Shown: positions 1 through 10,337, counted from the stretch's first letter. The stretch: 64,000 nt of DNA from an uncultured delta proteobacterium (GCA_963737905.1 CAVTUQ010000010.1:1-64000); one strand, 5' to 3'. Made by a program: numbers and translations. Notes: a model not told the origin generated them from the letters alone.

Positions 1-126
1 GGAAAAAAGCGGTGTTTTTGACAAGTAAAGTCGCTCGATTCACTATCGAGCCGGCTAGAGATGATATGTTTTCATGAGGGTCAATGTCTAAGGGCCAAGT
101 TTTCCGTATACTCCTTCCTACGACCC

Positions 127-153
127 TTGAACATTGAACCTTGAACTTTGAAC
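127..153. repeat. Four tandem 7-mers TTGAACN (GTTCAA/TTGAAC repeat family)
   Basis: ttgaaca ttgaacc ttgaact ttgaac read directly. Confidence 0.75.
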
Positions 154-161
154 TGGATTTC

Positions 162-1184
162 ATGCGCGCCATCGATATTCATCACCACTATGTTCCCGAG
201 CAAATAATCGGCGAGGCGAAACGCCATGGAAAAACGCTAGGGATCGAAGCCTCTGAAGACAAGGACGGGACTATCCGGTTCTCCTTCAATGGCGGTCCTC
301 GGTATCCTTTAGTTCAGGGATTGACGGATGTGGAACCGAGGCTGGAGATGATGGAGAAGGGCAAGATTGTGCTGGCGGCGCTCGATCCGAGCACGCAACT
401 CCTCGGTTATGATCTGAGAGGCGAACAGGCGGAGAGCTGGTGCCGCGTCTACAACGAGTGCGTCAAAGAATTCCTCAAAAAATATCCCGACCGTTTTACC
501 GCGATGGCCGCGGTGCCAATACAGGAGCCGGAGCGGGCGGCGAAAGTTTTGGAGCACGCGATTGCCGAGCTCGATTTTCGCGGCGCCTACATCGCGACCA
601 ACGTCAATCACCGTTATTATGACAGCGAAGATTTCGACCCTTTTTGGGCCAAGGCGCAAGAGTTGGACATTCTCGTCTTCATGCACCCGGACAATCCGGC
701 GGGAACCGAGCTCATGGGTTCCTTTGGGCTCCGTCTAGTTTGCGGTAACCCGGCAGACACCACGCTTTCACTCGGGATTCTTATTTATAGCGGTGTCTTT
801 GACCGATTTCCAAATTTAAAACTTTGCACCTGCCACGGCGGTGGATTTTTCCCCTATCACGTGAGCCGCTTCGATCGAGAGTTTCTTACGGGAAAACAAG
901 CGACCCGGCGCGCCGACCGTCCCAACGCGCCACGCTGCACGGCCCTGCCGAGCGTTTATTTCAAAAACCTCTACTTCGACACGCTGGTTTACGACGTGGA
1001 AACTCTTGATTTTCTTCGCCGCAAAGTCGGCGCCGAACGTTTGATGCTTGGGACCGATTTTCCGTACGTGCTCGGCGATTGGCTGGGCGCCGAGAAAATC
1101 GAAGCCTTGCCTTGTTCGGAGATAGAGAAACAAACGATTCTCGAAGGCAACGCGAGAAAGCTGCTGAAACTTCCGGCGACCTAA
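162..1184 (+). CDS. Amidohydrolase_2 family protein (ACMSD/aromatic decarboxylase-like)
   Basis: N-terminal IDIHHH motif, FMHP, CHGGGFFPY, C-terminal LMLGTDFPY; ATG at 162. Confidence 0.9.
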   Translation: MRAIDIHHHYVPEQIIGEAKRHGKTLGIEASEDKDGTIRFSFNGGPRYPLVQGLTDVEPRLEMMEKGKIVLAALDPSTQLLGYDLRGEQAESWCRVYNECVKEFLKKYPDRFTAMAAVPIQEPERAAKVLEHAIAELDFRGAYIATNVNHRYYDSEDFDPFWAKAQELDILVFMHPDNPAGTELMGSFGLRLVCGNPADTTLSLGILIYSGVFDRFPNLKLCTCHGGGFFPYHVSRFDREFLTGKQATRRADRPNAPRCTALPSVYFKNLYFDTLVYDVETLDFLRRKVGAERLMLGTDFPYVLGDWLGAEKIEALPCSEIEKQTILEGNARKLLKLPAT

Positions 1185-1246
1185 TATTGGGACCGTGTCA
1201 GAGCGGTTCTTGGCACGTGATTGTTCTTTTAAAAAAGCCGGAATAT

Positions 1247-1310
1247 CTCGCGCAAAGACGCAAAGTCCGCAAAGGAAAAAATGAATCCGAGCTTGGCGCT
1301 CTTGGCGCGA
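1247..1310. repeat. CGCAAAG...CTTGGCG imperfect palindromic intergenic repeat
   Basis: ctcgcgcaaagacgcaaagtccgcaaag ... cttggcgctcttggcgcga; related copies near 8941-9065, 10229-10310, 13914-14030, 23811-23875, 62218-62277. Confidence 0.65.
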
Positions 1311-1345
1311 TAAACTCTGTTGAAGTCGGTCTGAAGGGAGACGAT

Positions 1346-2302
1346 ATGCGAAGAGGGTATATCTCCGTTCTCGTTGTTCTCTTTTTGACGATGGGTGCGA
1401 CGCCGCTGTCGGCGCAACTGAAAAAAGTTCGGTTTTCTACTACGGGGATTTCCATTTCCGAGCTCCCTTTCAAAGTCGCCCATCTCAAAGGTTTTTATCG
1501 CGAAGAGGGTCTCGATGTCGAAACGATTCTTATTCGCGGCGCCGTAGGGATGCAGGCGCTTCTGGGCGGCTCTGTGGATTATACGTCGGCTTCCGGCTCA
1601 ACCATCGCCGCTGCCGTGCGCGGTCTGCCGGTCAAGCTTGTGTTTATCTCTTCGTCCAAGCCTCAGTTCGAGCTGGTTTCCCAGCCCCAGATCAAGTCCG
1701 TTCAGGAACTAAAAGGAAAGATCGTCGGCATTTCCTCTCGGGGAGGCTCCAATGACCTGATGATGCAAATGATCCTGCAAAAAAACGGCCTCGCTCCAAA
1801 CAAGGATGTCACGACGCTTATCGTCGGAGCTCAGGAAGAAACCGTTATTGCGCTTCGAACGGGACGCATCGCTGCGGCCCTTTTGACTCCGCCGCGAAAC
1901 TTTATGCTTCAACGCGACGGTTACAACCGTATTGCCTATTCCGGCGATTACATGTCCACGTATGCGAACGGTGGAATCGGTGTCACCGACGAAAAAATAA
2001 AAACCAACACTGCCGAGGTTCTGGCCCTCGTGAAGGCGACGATCAAAGCCCTCCAGTATTCTATGCAAAACCGCGCCGAGATGTTAAAAATCATACCGCC
2101 ATACTTGGGTATTAAGGACGCCGCACTGGTCGAGCAGCTCTACGATCTGTATCTGACTCGTCAATCGGTCGACGGATCGGTCGATGATCATTGGATGAGA
2201 GGCGCCATCGAGTTCACCCAGAAAACGCTCGGCGGCGCCGCCAAGGAAGTTCCTTCGAGCCAGGTCTTTGATTTCAGCTTTGTTCAAAAAGCCGCCCGAT
2301 AG
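1346..2302 (+). CDS. ABC transporter substrate-binding protein, NitT/TauT (SsuA/NMT1-like) family
   Basis: Signal peptide, GFYREEGLDVE, QELKGKIVGISSRGG; RBS gggag before ATG 1346. Confidence 0.9.
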   Translation: MRRGYISVLVVLFLTMGATPLSAQLKKVRFSTTGISISELPFKVAHLKGFYREEGLDVETILIRGAVGMQALLGGSVDYTSASGSTIAAAVRGLPVKLVFISSSKPQFELVSQPQIKSVQELKGKIVGISSRGGSNDLMMQMILQKNGLAPNKDVTTLIVGAQEETVIALRTGRIAAALLTPPRNFMLQRDGYNRIAYSGDYMSTYANGGIGVTDEKIKTNTAEVLALVKATIKALQYSMQNRAEMLKIIPPYLGIKDAALVEQLYDLYLTRQSVDGSVDDHWMRGAIEFTQKTLGGAAKEVPSSQVFDFSFVQKAAR

Positions 2303-2324
2303 TTTATAATTATTGGACCGATCT

Positions 2325-3374
2325 TCAGTTCGGCGGGAGGGACTCTGCGCCCGCAATTTTTTTGAACAGGTCAATCACCTCCGGATCGCGCGGGATCTCT
2401 CTGATCACCTTTTCATGGTCTTTGGGTAGAAGCGGAGTTGGCTCCGGTCCGGTGAGTTTTTTGTATTCTGCGTGAAATTCAGGGTCCGTATAGGTTTTGC
2501 GAAAGGCTTCCTGCAAAATTTCGACACGCTCTTTGGGAGTTCCGGGGGGAAGGAAAAACGGTGCGCCGGCAACCCGGAAAGCGCGCTGAAGAACAATCAA
2601 CTTGCGATCTTTGTCCGACCTGGCCAGTGTCTCCAGTTCGGGAAGGTGGCTGAACTGAGGATGCTTTTCCCCCTTGGGAATATTGATGATCGTATGAAAA
2701 TCCACGACTCCTCCTTGAAGCCACTCCGGGGTCCGGAGGATACCGTCAGCGCCCGACGAGCGGGCGTCGATCTCGCCCTGCAAAAGTGCTGGATCGAGCT
2801 CGGCGCCTGAATAGCCTGTGACGAATTTTGGATCTTTAAGACGGAGAACGTAGGCAAAGAGGCGGCCTTCAATATAGGTGGAGAAACCCACAGATTGCCC
2901 TCCGATTCTCAGTCCAGAGGCGGCCCGAAGTTTTGCCATGCTGTCCAACCCGGCCTGTTTTCGGGTGAAAAAGACGGGATGATAGGCGCTATAAGGGGAA
3001 CCCAAATAGAAAAACTTGTCGATGTTGTACAAGACTCCTGACTCTCCCAGTATCTGAAGCTGGACCATGCTGGAGCCGGCGTTGCCGATCGTGAGCCCGT
3101 CGGGACGGGATGATCTAAAGACATGATTTGCGGCCTTCCGGCCTCCGCCGCCGGGCATGTATTCGCTAACAATAGTCGGATTTCCCGGAATATGCTTCTG
3201 CAGGAAAGGCATCATAACTTTTGCCCGCAGGTCTCCTGACCCTCCCGGATCTCTGCCTTGAATAATCGTGATGGTCTTTCCCCGATAAAAGTCAGCCTGT
3301 GAAAAAAGAGGATCAGGTAAAACCGTCAAACAGCTGAAGAAAACGACCAAAAATGCCGAAGCTGAATATTTCAT
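2325..3374 (-). CDS. Tripartite tricarboxylate transporter substrate-binding protein (Bug/TctC family)
   Basis: ADFYRGKTITII, PGGSGD, HIPGNPTIV..MPGGGG, PDGLTI, PPGTPKERVEIL. Confidence 0.85.
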   Translation of the reverse strand: MKYSASAFLVVFFSCLTVLPDPLFSQADFYRGKTITIIQGRDPGGSGDLRAKVMMPFLQKHIPGNPTIVSEYMPGGGGRKAANHVFRSSRPDGLTIGNAGSSMVQLQILGESGVLYNIDKFFYLGSPYSAYHPVFFTRKQAGLDSMAKLRAASGLRIGGQSVGFSTYIEGRLFAYVLRLKDPKFVTGYSGAELDPALLQGEIDARSSGADGILRTPEWLQGGVVDFHTIINIPKGEKHPQFSHLPELETLARSDKDRKLIVLQRAFRVAGAPFFLPPGTPKERVEILQEAFRKTYTDPEFHAEYKKLTGPEPTPLLPKDHEKVIREIPRDPEVIDLFKKIAGAESLPPN

Positions 3375-3422
3375 TTCCTAAGCAGGCCTCCTTTTCGGTG
3401 CCGGGCCGCGCGCCTGCAACTC

Positions 3423-5171
3423 TCAATTCGCCCTGTCCGGCCGCTCGTTGGTTTCCGCCGCCTTCGCCAGACGAATGTCGATAAGCGCGAACTGGCCGCC
3501 GGCGATGGCTTTGAAGCCACGCTGGAGCGCCGCGCGCACTTCGCCGGGCTCTTCGACTTTTTCGCCGTAACCGTCGAAGGCCCGCGCGACAGTGGCATAG
3601 TCGGGACTCGGATTAATTGAGATGCCAATGAAATCTTGGTTCTTCACGGCAAAGCCTTCGGGAAAGAAACGCGGCACGCCGGACTTTTGCGAGTGATAGC
3701 CGTAGTTGTTGTAGAGCACGATCATGATCGGCAACTGGTGCTCCTGGCAAACGCCCAGGGCCGCCAGCCCGGGATCATAATTGAACGCGCCGTCGCCGAT
3801 GAGACAGAGAACGGGCCGTTTGGGAAAAGCCGCTTTGACTCCCAAAGCGGTGCCTGTGCCGGTGCCGAGCCCGCCGATGCAGCCGGCAAAGAATGACCCC
3901 GGCTTCAGCATGTCCAGATAGCGATGGATTGAAAGCCTATGGGTGATGGTTTCTTCCACCACGAGCGCGTCAGATGGAATTACCTGGGCGAGCTCGTAGG
4001 TGACCCAGCGCGTATCGATGGGTTTTTGCTCTTTACGAGCCAATGCCTCATCTTTCCAGGCGGCTTTTCGTTTTTCATAACGGCCGTGCCAAGTCTCTGC
4101 GCGCCCCGCCGCGTCACCGGTGCCTTTGGAGACTCGCTTTTTGACGGATTCGAGCAGGTGCTTTATGGAGCTTTCGATCTCTCCCGTGAGAATTTGATTA
4201 ACCGGATAGCCCCAATAGGGGAGGTCAGAGCGCAGCGGATTGTCCGACAAAACCGCGACTTTGGTTCCCGGGCTTAGTTTCTTCGATGCCGGATGCCAAG
4301 GTGCAATGACACCGAGAAGGAGAATAACATCCGCCTCCTGCAAGAACTCCTGCGGCTCGAATCCAGCGTGTAGAGGATGAGTGCGCGGAAAATTCACATA
4401 GCTTGAAGCTCGGCTCTCGACAACGCCTGCTCCAAGCAGTTCGGCCAGCTCCACGAGCATCTCGACGACAACGGCGCTACGTCCCGCCTCTTCGGTGATG
4501 ATAACCGGGTTTTTTGCGGCGGCGAGCAACGCCGAAAGTTCGTCGATCGCCGCCAGGTCGGCCGTGGGCGCGGGTATAGGAACATTTTCGGCTGAGGCGT
4601 TCTTGGACATCTTGTCGAAGAGATATTCCATCGGGAGCGAGACAAAGACCGGTCCCTTGGGAGATCCCATCGCCAATTGACAAGCGCGCTGAATGGTCGA
4701 AGGCAACAACGACTTAGCGTTGACTCCATAGCTCCACTTGACACAGCGGTCGACCAACCGCGCCGGCCCGCCGATGTCTGCCAGCGCGCCGAGCCACTGC
4801 GCTCCGACGTCTGGGCCCGCCTCTTCGCCGAAGCCCAGCGATTCTCCCGTGAACACCACCATGGGCACTTGCTCGTGCAGGGCGCCGCGCAGCGCCATCG
4901 TAGCGTGCAGCGCTCCGACAGTGGTGTGGATCATAACGGCCGGAAGTCTACCCGTAGACTTGGCATAGCCGCTGGCCATGCCGACAGCGATCTCCTCGTG
5001 GCGCGAGCTTATGTAAAGCGGCACTCCCTCGCTCTGAGCTTTTGCTTTAGCGAAGGCTTCCCACACCGGCGACCACTCCGATCCTGGGGAAGCAAAAATC
5101 CGATCCACTCCCATGTGTGAAAGCACGCGTAGTAGAGTATCGGCGCCCGTAAGTCCTTCGGTCTCAATCAT
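3423..5171 (-). CDS. Thiamine pyrophosphate-binding enzyme (acetolactate synthase/benzoylformate decarboxylase-like)
   Basis: RHEEIAVGMASGYAK, PKGPVFVSLP, GDGAF...NN TPP motif. Confidence 0.9.
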   Translation of the reverse strand: MIETEGLTGADTLLRVLSHMGVDRIFASPGSEWSPVWEAFAKAKAQSEGVPLYISSRHEEIAVGMASGYAKSTGRLPAVMIHTTVGALHATMALRGALHEQVPMVVFTGESLGFGEEAGPDVGAQWLGALADIGGPARLVDRCVKWSYGVNAKSLLPSTIQRACQLAMGSPKGPVFVSLPMEYLFDKMSKNASAENVPIPAPTADLAAIDELSALLAAAKNPVIITEEAGRSAVVVEMLVELAELLGAGVVESRASSYVNFPRTHPLHAGFEPQEFLQEADVILLLGVIAPWHPASKKLSPGTKVAVLSDNPLRSDLPYWGYPVNQILTGEIESSIKHLLESVKKRVSKGTGDAAGRAETWHGRYEKRKAAWKDEALARKEQKPIDTRWVTYELAQVIPSDALVVEETITHRLSIHRYLDMLKPGSFFAGCIGGLGTGTGTALGVKAAFPKRPVLCLIGDGAFNYDPGLAALGVCQEHQLPIMIVLYNNYGYHSQKSGVPRFFPEGFAVKNQDFIGISINPSPDYATVARAFDGYGEKVEEPGEVRAALQRGFKAIAGGQFALIDIRLAKAAETNERPDRAN

Positions 5172-5185
5172 GATATCCTCCTATT

Positions 5186-5223
5186 GTTCAAGTCGTTCAA
5201 AACGTTCCAGTCGTTTCAATCGT
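5186..5223. repeat. GTTCAA 9-mer tandem repeat
   Basis: gttcaagtc gttcaaaac gttccagtc gtttcaatc. Confidence 0.7.
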
Positions 5224-5334
5224 CAGATGAGATCTCGTACCCTGTATCAAATTACTGCGAGGTGCGGCAAATGACCCCCTGTATTGCAAAATCCATTGAC
5301 GTGCCGGCACGGCGAAGAACCTTGAACCGGTAGG

Positions 5335-6345
5335 TCACGGCTTTTCTCCCCACAGACGCTTGAGAAAGCCGCTGTCTCGTAGCTCGGTGTAAAAACGAGC
5401 GTCATAAAAATCCTCCGCCTTGGCCGAGGCAGCCTGAGGGACGGTTTTGCCAATCAATTGCAGAATAAGCTCGATTCCCTTGGGATCCACCTGGAGAGTT
5501 CTTTCCATGGCCTTCGACTCAGACTCGATCGCATAGTTATTGATTTCCCGGTCCTCGACTTTCGTATATTTGGCGACGATCTGGGCTGTCCCTTCCGCGT
5601 TGGTCAGAAAATAGTGCATCGCTTCCGCATACGCCCGCATGAACTTCGAAAGCTCGGGCTGTTTACGTGCTACCGTTTCGCGGGCGGAAACGAGCACCGT
5701 GGCTGCAAACGGGATTTTCATGGCGGCGATATCCACAATCTCCTTGAAGCCCAGCCGCAACGCAAAAAGATCGTGCGGCGCGCCGGCGATAATCGCATCG
5801 ACGGCCCCAGCTTTGAGGGCGGGGATTGCCTGGCCAATATTGCCGAGCTGAACGTATTGAAGGTCCTTGAAAGTGTCGATGTGAAAACGCGCAAGAGCGA
5901 CTTGGGCAAACATATCCGGATTCGAACCGATGCGATCGATTCCTAAACGCCGCCCTTTTAGATCTTGAACACCGGCGATCTCATTCTTGCCAATGATTTT
6001 GCTGGTTATACGGTTCTTGCTTTGACCGATGACTACCAAAGCTTTGGCTCCGCCCAGAATTGCTCGTGTCGGTGCGAATCCGCCGATGATTCCCACATCC
6101 GCATCTCCACCGAGCAAAGACGCAACGCCCGCCGGCCCGGACGCGATAAAGACAAGTTTGACGTCAAGTCCCTGCTTCTTGAAAAAACCGGCTTCCTTGG
6201 CGATCCACATCGGAGCCATGGAAACCACCGGCGCGGTGTAGAATGCCGTGAGCGTCGAAGATTGTCCCGCGCTCTCATCGACCGCGCCGAAACAGGCAAA
6301 GAAGACAATTCCCATTACCGTTAGCCGCCGTTGGAAACCATTCAT
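5335..6345 (-). CDS. NitT/TauT family ABC substrate-binding protein
   Basis: PMWIAKEAGFFKKQGLDV, DLKGRRLGI; close paralog of 9128-10135. Confidence 0.9.
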   Translation of the reverse strand: MNGFQRRLTVMGIVFFACFGAVDESAGQSSTLTAFYTAPVVSMAPMWIAKEAGFFKKQGLDVKLVFIASGPAGVASLLGGDADVGIIGGFAPTRAILGGAKALVVIGQSKNRITSKIIGKNEIAGVQDLKGRRLGIDRIGSNPDMFAQVALARFHIDTFKDLQYVQLGNIGQAIPALKAGAVDAIIAGAPHDLFALRLGFKEIVDIAAMKIPFAATVLVSARETVARKQPELSKFMRAYAEAMHYFLTNAEGTAQIVAKYTKVEDREINNYAIESESKAMERTLQVDPKGIELILQLIGKTVPQAASAKAEDFYDARFYTELRDSGFLKRLWGEKP

Positions 6346-6365
6346 CGTTCGCCTCCTTCATTAGG

Positions 6366-6476
6366 CTAAGCGCAAAGCGCATGGCGCTAAGCGCAAAAAA
6401 GTGCCATTTCTACCTATGAAATTTCTCGTCCTTTTTCCTCCGCTCTTTGCGTTCTGCACTTTGCTCTCTGCTATGT
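6366..6476. repeat. 7-mer tandem/inverted repeat (AAGCGCA ... TTTGCG)
   Basis: ctaagcgcaaagcgcatggcgctaagcgcaaa ... ctttgcgttctgcactttgctctctgctatg. Confidence 0.55.
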
Positions 6477-6621
6477 CGTCACCTGACACTTGTCCGATGG
6501 TTCTCTTTCACGCTGGACTATAGACCGGTGAGTGGTCCGCCTGTCAAGCCATATCGACGGTTTCAGTTGACTCATGCTGCCTGATCAATTAGCTTGGCCG
6601 CCAAGAGCGAGTCACGAGTCA

Positions 6622-7557
6622 ATGAGCGGCGATCAGCAGAAAAACTGGCGCATCGATGTCCATCATCACGTGGTGCCGCCGCAGTTTGCGGACGACTCGA
6701 TGCCGATCAAGGTTCCGGATCCTGAAATGCAACTGCAGGTGATGGATAATTGGCGAATCCGGACGGCCATCACCTCTCTCACTCCACGAGTCATTTTGAG
6801 AAATCTTCATCGCCTCCGTGAAGTGGCCCGGATCTGTAACGAATTCCAAGCAAGAATGGCGCTGGAGCATCCTTCGCGATTCGGATCGTTTGCACTGCTT
6901 CCACTACCGGACGTGGATGGCGCACTGGAAGAAATCACCTATGCGCTCGACATCTTACATCTCGACGGCGTAGGCCTTTTTTCCAGCGTAAACAGTCGGT
7001 ACCTGGGCGATCCGCTGTTCGATCCGGTGTTTGACGAGCTCAACCGGCGCAAGGCGGTAGTTTTTGTCCATCCGACGCACTGCGAAGCGCCCCCGGAGAC
7101 GAACCTGAGGGCGCCTCCGTTTGTTGTCGAATATGTGTTTGATACGACTCGCGCTGTCGTTAATCTTATTTTTACCGGCACGTTGAACCGCTGCCCTGAT
7201 ATTCGCTTCATCATCGCGCATGGCGGTGGTACGGTGCCGTTTCTCGCCCAAAGAATCTCGATGCTGGAGGGACACCGGCATGCTAAGGGAGTTACAGACG
7301 TGATCCCGACGCTCCGTGCACTGTATTACGAGATCGCCAGCACGACCGCCGGATACGCGCTGCGCTCGCTGCAAGAGCTTGCCGACCCAACCCATATACT
7401 CTGGGGTTCGGACCTGCCTTTCGTCCACGGCGAGCGGCTGCAGGAGGAAGTAGACCATTGGCAAGCTTACGACGGATTCAATGCCAGCGAGCGCATGGAT
7501 GTAGAGCAACGAAACGCGGGCCGTCTTTTTCCACGGTTTTTCTCGGGCGACCATTGA
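6622..7557 (+). CDS. Amidohydrolase_2 family protein (6-methylsalicylate decarboxylase-like)
   Basis: IDVHHH, VFVHPT, DTTRA, AHGGGTVPFL, LWGSDLPF. Confidence 0.9.
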   Translation: MSGDQQKNWRIDVHHHVVPPQFADDSMPIKVPDPEMQLQVMDNWRIRTAITSLTPRVILRNLHRLREVARICNEFQARMALEHPSRFGSFALLPLPDVDGALEEITYALDILHLDGVGLFSSVNSRYLGDPLFDPVFDELNRRKAVVFVHPTHCEAPPETNLRAPPFVVEYVFDTTRAVVNLIFTGTLNRCPDIRFIIAHGGGTVPFLAQRISMLEGHRHAKGVTDVIPTLRALYYEIASTTAGYALRSLQELADPTHILWGSDLPFVHGERLQEEVDHWQAYDGFNASERMDVEQRNAGRLFPRFFSGDH

Positions 7558-7600
7558 AGCGAATTTGCAGCGATATAGCTACTCATGGGAGGTAAAACTT

Positions 7601-8776
7601 ATGACTGTGATGGAACAACGGAAACGAACTCTGGTGCGACAACACATCGCTTTGTTTGAACCAAAGTTCCCTCTCCCCTCGCGGGAGAGGGTTAGGGTGA
7701 GGGGGCTGTGCAAACTTTGGTCACCCTTACCTCATTCCTCTCCCGTCGAGGGAGAGGAAGCCAGTCACGGCGTAGCCGGTAACAGATCCTCTAACGTTTC
7801 CTTGTCGTCCCTGACTCTAATAATCCTGGTGATTCTTTCGGTGGTATTTGCGGGTTCCGTAACGATCGGATCGGCAGCTGAGAGCCAGTTTCTGGTGAGC
7901 TACGGCGGAACGGCCGGCTATCAACTTCCCCTCTGGGTCAACAAAGAATTGGGATTCAGCAAGAAATATGGCACTGATCTGGAAATTATTTTGATCCAGG
8001 CGGGCTCGCCAAATATTCAGGCTCTGCTTGGCGGCAGCATTCAGCTCACGCAGACGGCGGCTTCGTCCGCGCTAATCGGCGCGGTGCGCGGCGCGCCGGT
8101 GGTGATCGTCGCCACCTTGGAAAATAAGCTGCCGATGCTGCTCGTCTCCCGCCCCGAGATCAAAGAGCCGCAGCAACTGCGCGGCAAGGTCATCGGCATC
8201 AACCGCTTCGGCGGCTCCAACGACGCCGCGGTCCTGATGGCGATTAAAGCCTGGAAGATGAATCCAAAAGACATCACCATGTTGCAGACTGGGGGGACGG
8301 CGGCGCGCATGGCGGCGCTGCTCAGCAATAAGGTTTCCGCGACGGTGCAGTCCTATCCGGAAATCTACCAGGCGCGTAAGCTCGGCATGAACGTGCTCGC
8401 GGATATCGGCGATTTCGGGTTCTACACGAACACCTCCAACATCGTCACCCGCTCCTATCTGCAACAGAACCGCGCGGCGATAAAGGGGTTCATCAAGGGG
8501 CAAATCGAGGGCATGCACTACGTCAAGACCAATAAGGAGGGGAGCTTGAAGATTCTCAGGAAACACCTCCAGGTCACAGACGCCGAAGCGGTGGAAGGAA
8601 CGTACGAGTTTTTTGCCAAGCGGTTGCCCAGGTCCCCGCGCACGGAGTTGGAAGGGATCAAGAACATCTTGGTGTCCATTGACGCCGGCGATAAAAATCC
8701 TGGTGACTTCATCGATATGAGCCTGATCGACGAGATCGAGCGGGAGGGGTTTGTCAAGAAACTCTACGGATCCTAG
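7601..8776 (+). CDS. NitT/TauT family ABC substrate-binding protein, possibly with a repeat-derived N-terminal extension
   Basis: RBS gggagg before ATG 7601; hydrophobic signal segment, LPLWVNKELGF, LRGKVIGINRFGG; exact start uncertain. Confidence 0.85.
   Translation: MTVMEQRKRTLVRQHIALFEPKFPLPSRERVRVRGLCKLWSPLPHSSPVEGEEASHGVAGNRSSNVSLSSLTLIILVILSVVFAGSVTIGSAAESQFLVSYGGTAGYQLPLWVNKELGFSKKYGTDLEIILIQAGSPNIQALLGGSIQLTQTAASSALIGAVRGAPVVIVATLENKLPMLLVSRPEIKEPQQLRGKVIGINRFGGSNDAAVLMAIKAWKMNPKDITMLQTGGTAARMAALLSNKVSATVQSYPEIYQARKLGMNVLADIGDFGFYTNTSNIVTRSYLQQNRAAIKGFIKGQIEGMHYVKTNKEGSLKILRKHLQVTDAEAVEGTYEFFAKRLPRSPRTELEGIKNILVSIDAGDKNPGDFIDMSLIDEIEREGFVKKLYGS
7668..7760. repeat. Double REP-like palindrome CCTCTCCC-n-GGGAGAGG
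   Basis: ttccctctcccctcgcgggagagggttagggtgagggg ... cacccttacctcattcctctcccgtcgagggagaggaa. Confidence 0.85.
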
Positions 8777-8903
8777 CAGACTGCTGAAAAAGACTCATAT
8801 GCTTCGTTGCACTCGACCGATTTCGCGTCAACGTACAAAAGAGTACGCCTCCGCTCATCGATCTTCGTGCGCCTCGCCTCTGAGGTCTTTTTGAGCAGTC
8901 TGC
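8776..8903. mobile_element. MITE-like element with terminal inverted repeats, at a TAG stop codon
   Basis: GCAGACTGCTGAAAAAGAC ... GTCTTTTTGAGCAGTCTGC; interior related to the copies at 36001, 40906 and 42146. Confidence 0.8.
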
Positions 8904-9127
8904 TGGCCTTAATTCTTTGCCAAGCATGTCCAGTCGAAGGGACGCCAAGAACGCAAAGAAAATCTCTTCTAACAGGGGAACTAGAGCAAACAAAAATCTC
9001 CGTTACATGCTGTAAAAAAACCATTCTTATTCGGTCTCCCGCCTTAGCGCCCTTTGCGCCTTTGCAGGAGTCTCTCCGACATGGTTGCGGCTCTATTACA
9101 CTGGCTCTTCGTGGTGAATAGAATCAG

Positions 9128-10135
9128 TCACTTCTCACCCCAGAGCTTTTTCAGAAAGCCGCTGTCCTTGAGATCGGTGAAGAAGCGCGGGTCGTAGAAA
9201 TCTTCCGCTTTGGCCGAAGCGGCTTGAGGCATCGTCTTTCTCATCAGTCCGAGAATCAGCTCGATGCCTTTCGGATCGACTTGTAAGGTCTTGTCCATCG
9301 CTTTCGCCTCCGCGGCCATCGAATGGGATATCACTTCTTTATCCTCGACCTTGGTGTATTTCTGCACGATCTTCGACGCGCCCTCCGGGTTCGTAAGATA
9401 GTAGTGAACCCCTTCAGCGTAGGCGCGCATGAACTTTTCTATTTCCGCCTGCTTCCGGGCTACCGTGTTGCGGGTCGAGATGAGAACCGTTGCGGCGAAC
9501 GGAATTTTCAGCTCCGTGATGTCCAAAATCACTTTGAAGCCCATGCGCTGAGCGAAAAGGTCGTAGGGAGAGCTGGTGGTAAAAGCGTCGATGGCACCCG
9601 ACTTGAGGGCCGAAATTCCCTGGCTGGTGCTGCCCATCTGAATATAGCTGAGATCGCGCAGGGGATCGATCTGATACCGAGCGAGCGAGGCCTGCGTATA
9701 CATGTCCGGGTTGGAGCCGATGCGGTCGATGCCCAGGCGCTTTCCTTTAAGGTCCTGGACGCTGGCAATCTCTTTTTTACCGACGATTGCTCCGACCATG
9801 TAGGTTTTGCTTTGCCCGATGATCACAAGGTTTTTTGCGCCGCTCAGCACCGCGCGTATCGGGGCGAATCCGCCGATGATGCCGATATCGACTTCGCCGG
9901 CGAGTATCGAGGTCGTGCCGAGGGGCCCGGAACCGATAAAGACGAGCCTGACATCGGTGCCGTGTTTTTTGAAAAGACCATTTTCATTGGCGATCCACAT
10001 GGGGGCCATGGAGACGACGTGTGCGGTATAAAAGGCTGTGAGCGGCTGAGACTGGCCCCAGCTCTCTTTGCTTGACCCAATGCACACGATGAAAGCGATT
10101 AGGAGAAGCGCAAGCAGTTTACGCAAACTTGTCAT
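9128..10135 (-). CDS. NitT/TauT family ABC substrate-binding protein
   Basis: RBS aggagg before ATG 10135; PMWIANENGLFKKHG; paralog of 5335-6345. Confidence 0.9.
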   Translation of the reverse strand: MTSLRKLLALLLIAFIVCIGSSKESWGQSQPLTAFYTAHVVSMAPMWIANENGLFKKHGTDVRLVFIGSGPLGTTSILAGEVDIGIIGGFAPIRAVLSGAKNLVIIGQSKTYMVGAIVGKKEIASVQDLKGKRLGIDRIGSNPDMYTQASLARYQIDPLRDLSYIQMGSTSQGISALKSGAIDAFTTSSPYDLFAQRMGFKVILDITELKIPFAATVLISTRNTVARKQAEIEKFMRAYAEGVHYYLTNPEGASKIVQKYTKVEDKEVISHSMAAEAKAMDKTLQVDPKGIELILGLMRKTMPQAASAKAEDFYDPRFFTDLKDSGFLKKLWGEK

Positions 10136-10152
10136 CTTACCTCCTGTGAACA

Positions 10153-10225
10153 GTTTCAAGTTCAAATCGTTCAAGTAGTTCAACCGCTGCGCTCCGTTCA
10201 AACGGTTTGAACCATTGGAACGAAC
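10153..10225. repeat. GTTCAA/TTGAAC 9-mer inverted tandem repeat
   Basis: gttcaaatc gttcaagta gttcaaccg...gttcaaacggtttgaaccattggaac. Confidence 0.75.
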
Positions 10226-10337
10226 TCATCCCGCCAAGATGCCAAGCTCGCAAAGGTAAGAATTTGTCTCCCAACCTTTGATGCAGTTTGTCTTGGCGTC
10301 TTTGCGCGAGAATACTCTTATCTGAATCCTCTTCTTG

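Noticed and set aside
18-46. TTGACA-N17-CACTAT candidate promoter (similar candidates at 33541, 55091, 61331)
   Set aside because: Plausible, but the -10 matches are weak and cannot be supported further from sequence alone.
1079-1345. N-terminal extensions of several ORFs in the track (also 23692-23964, 29618-29878, 34668-34907, 36056-36202)
   Set aside because: They overlap upstream genes or repeats; better RBS-supported or domain-consistent starts lie downstream.
8754-9121. Short ORFs over the MITE and adjacent repeats
   Set aside because: Translations of palindromic repeat DNA with no coding features.
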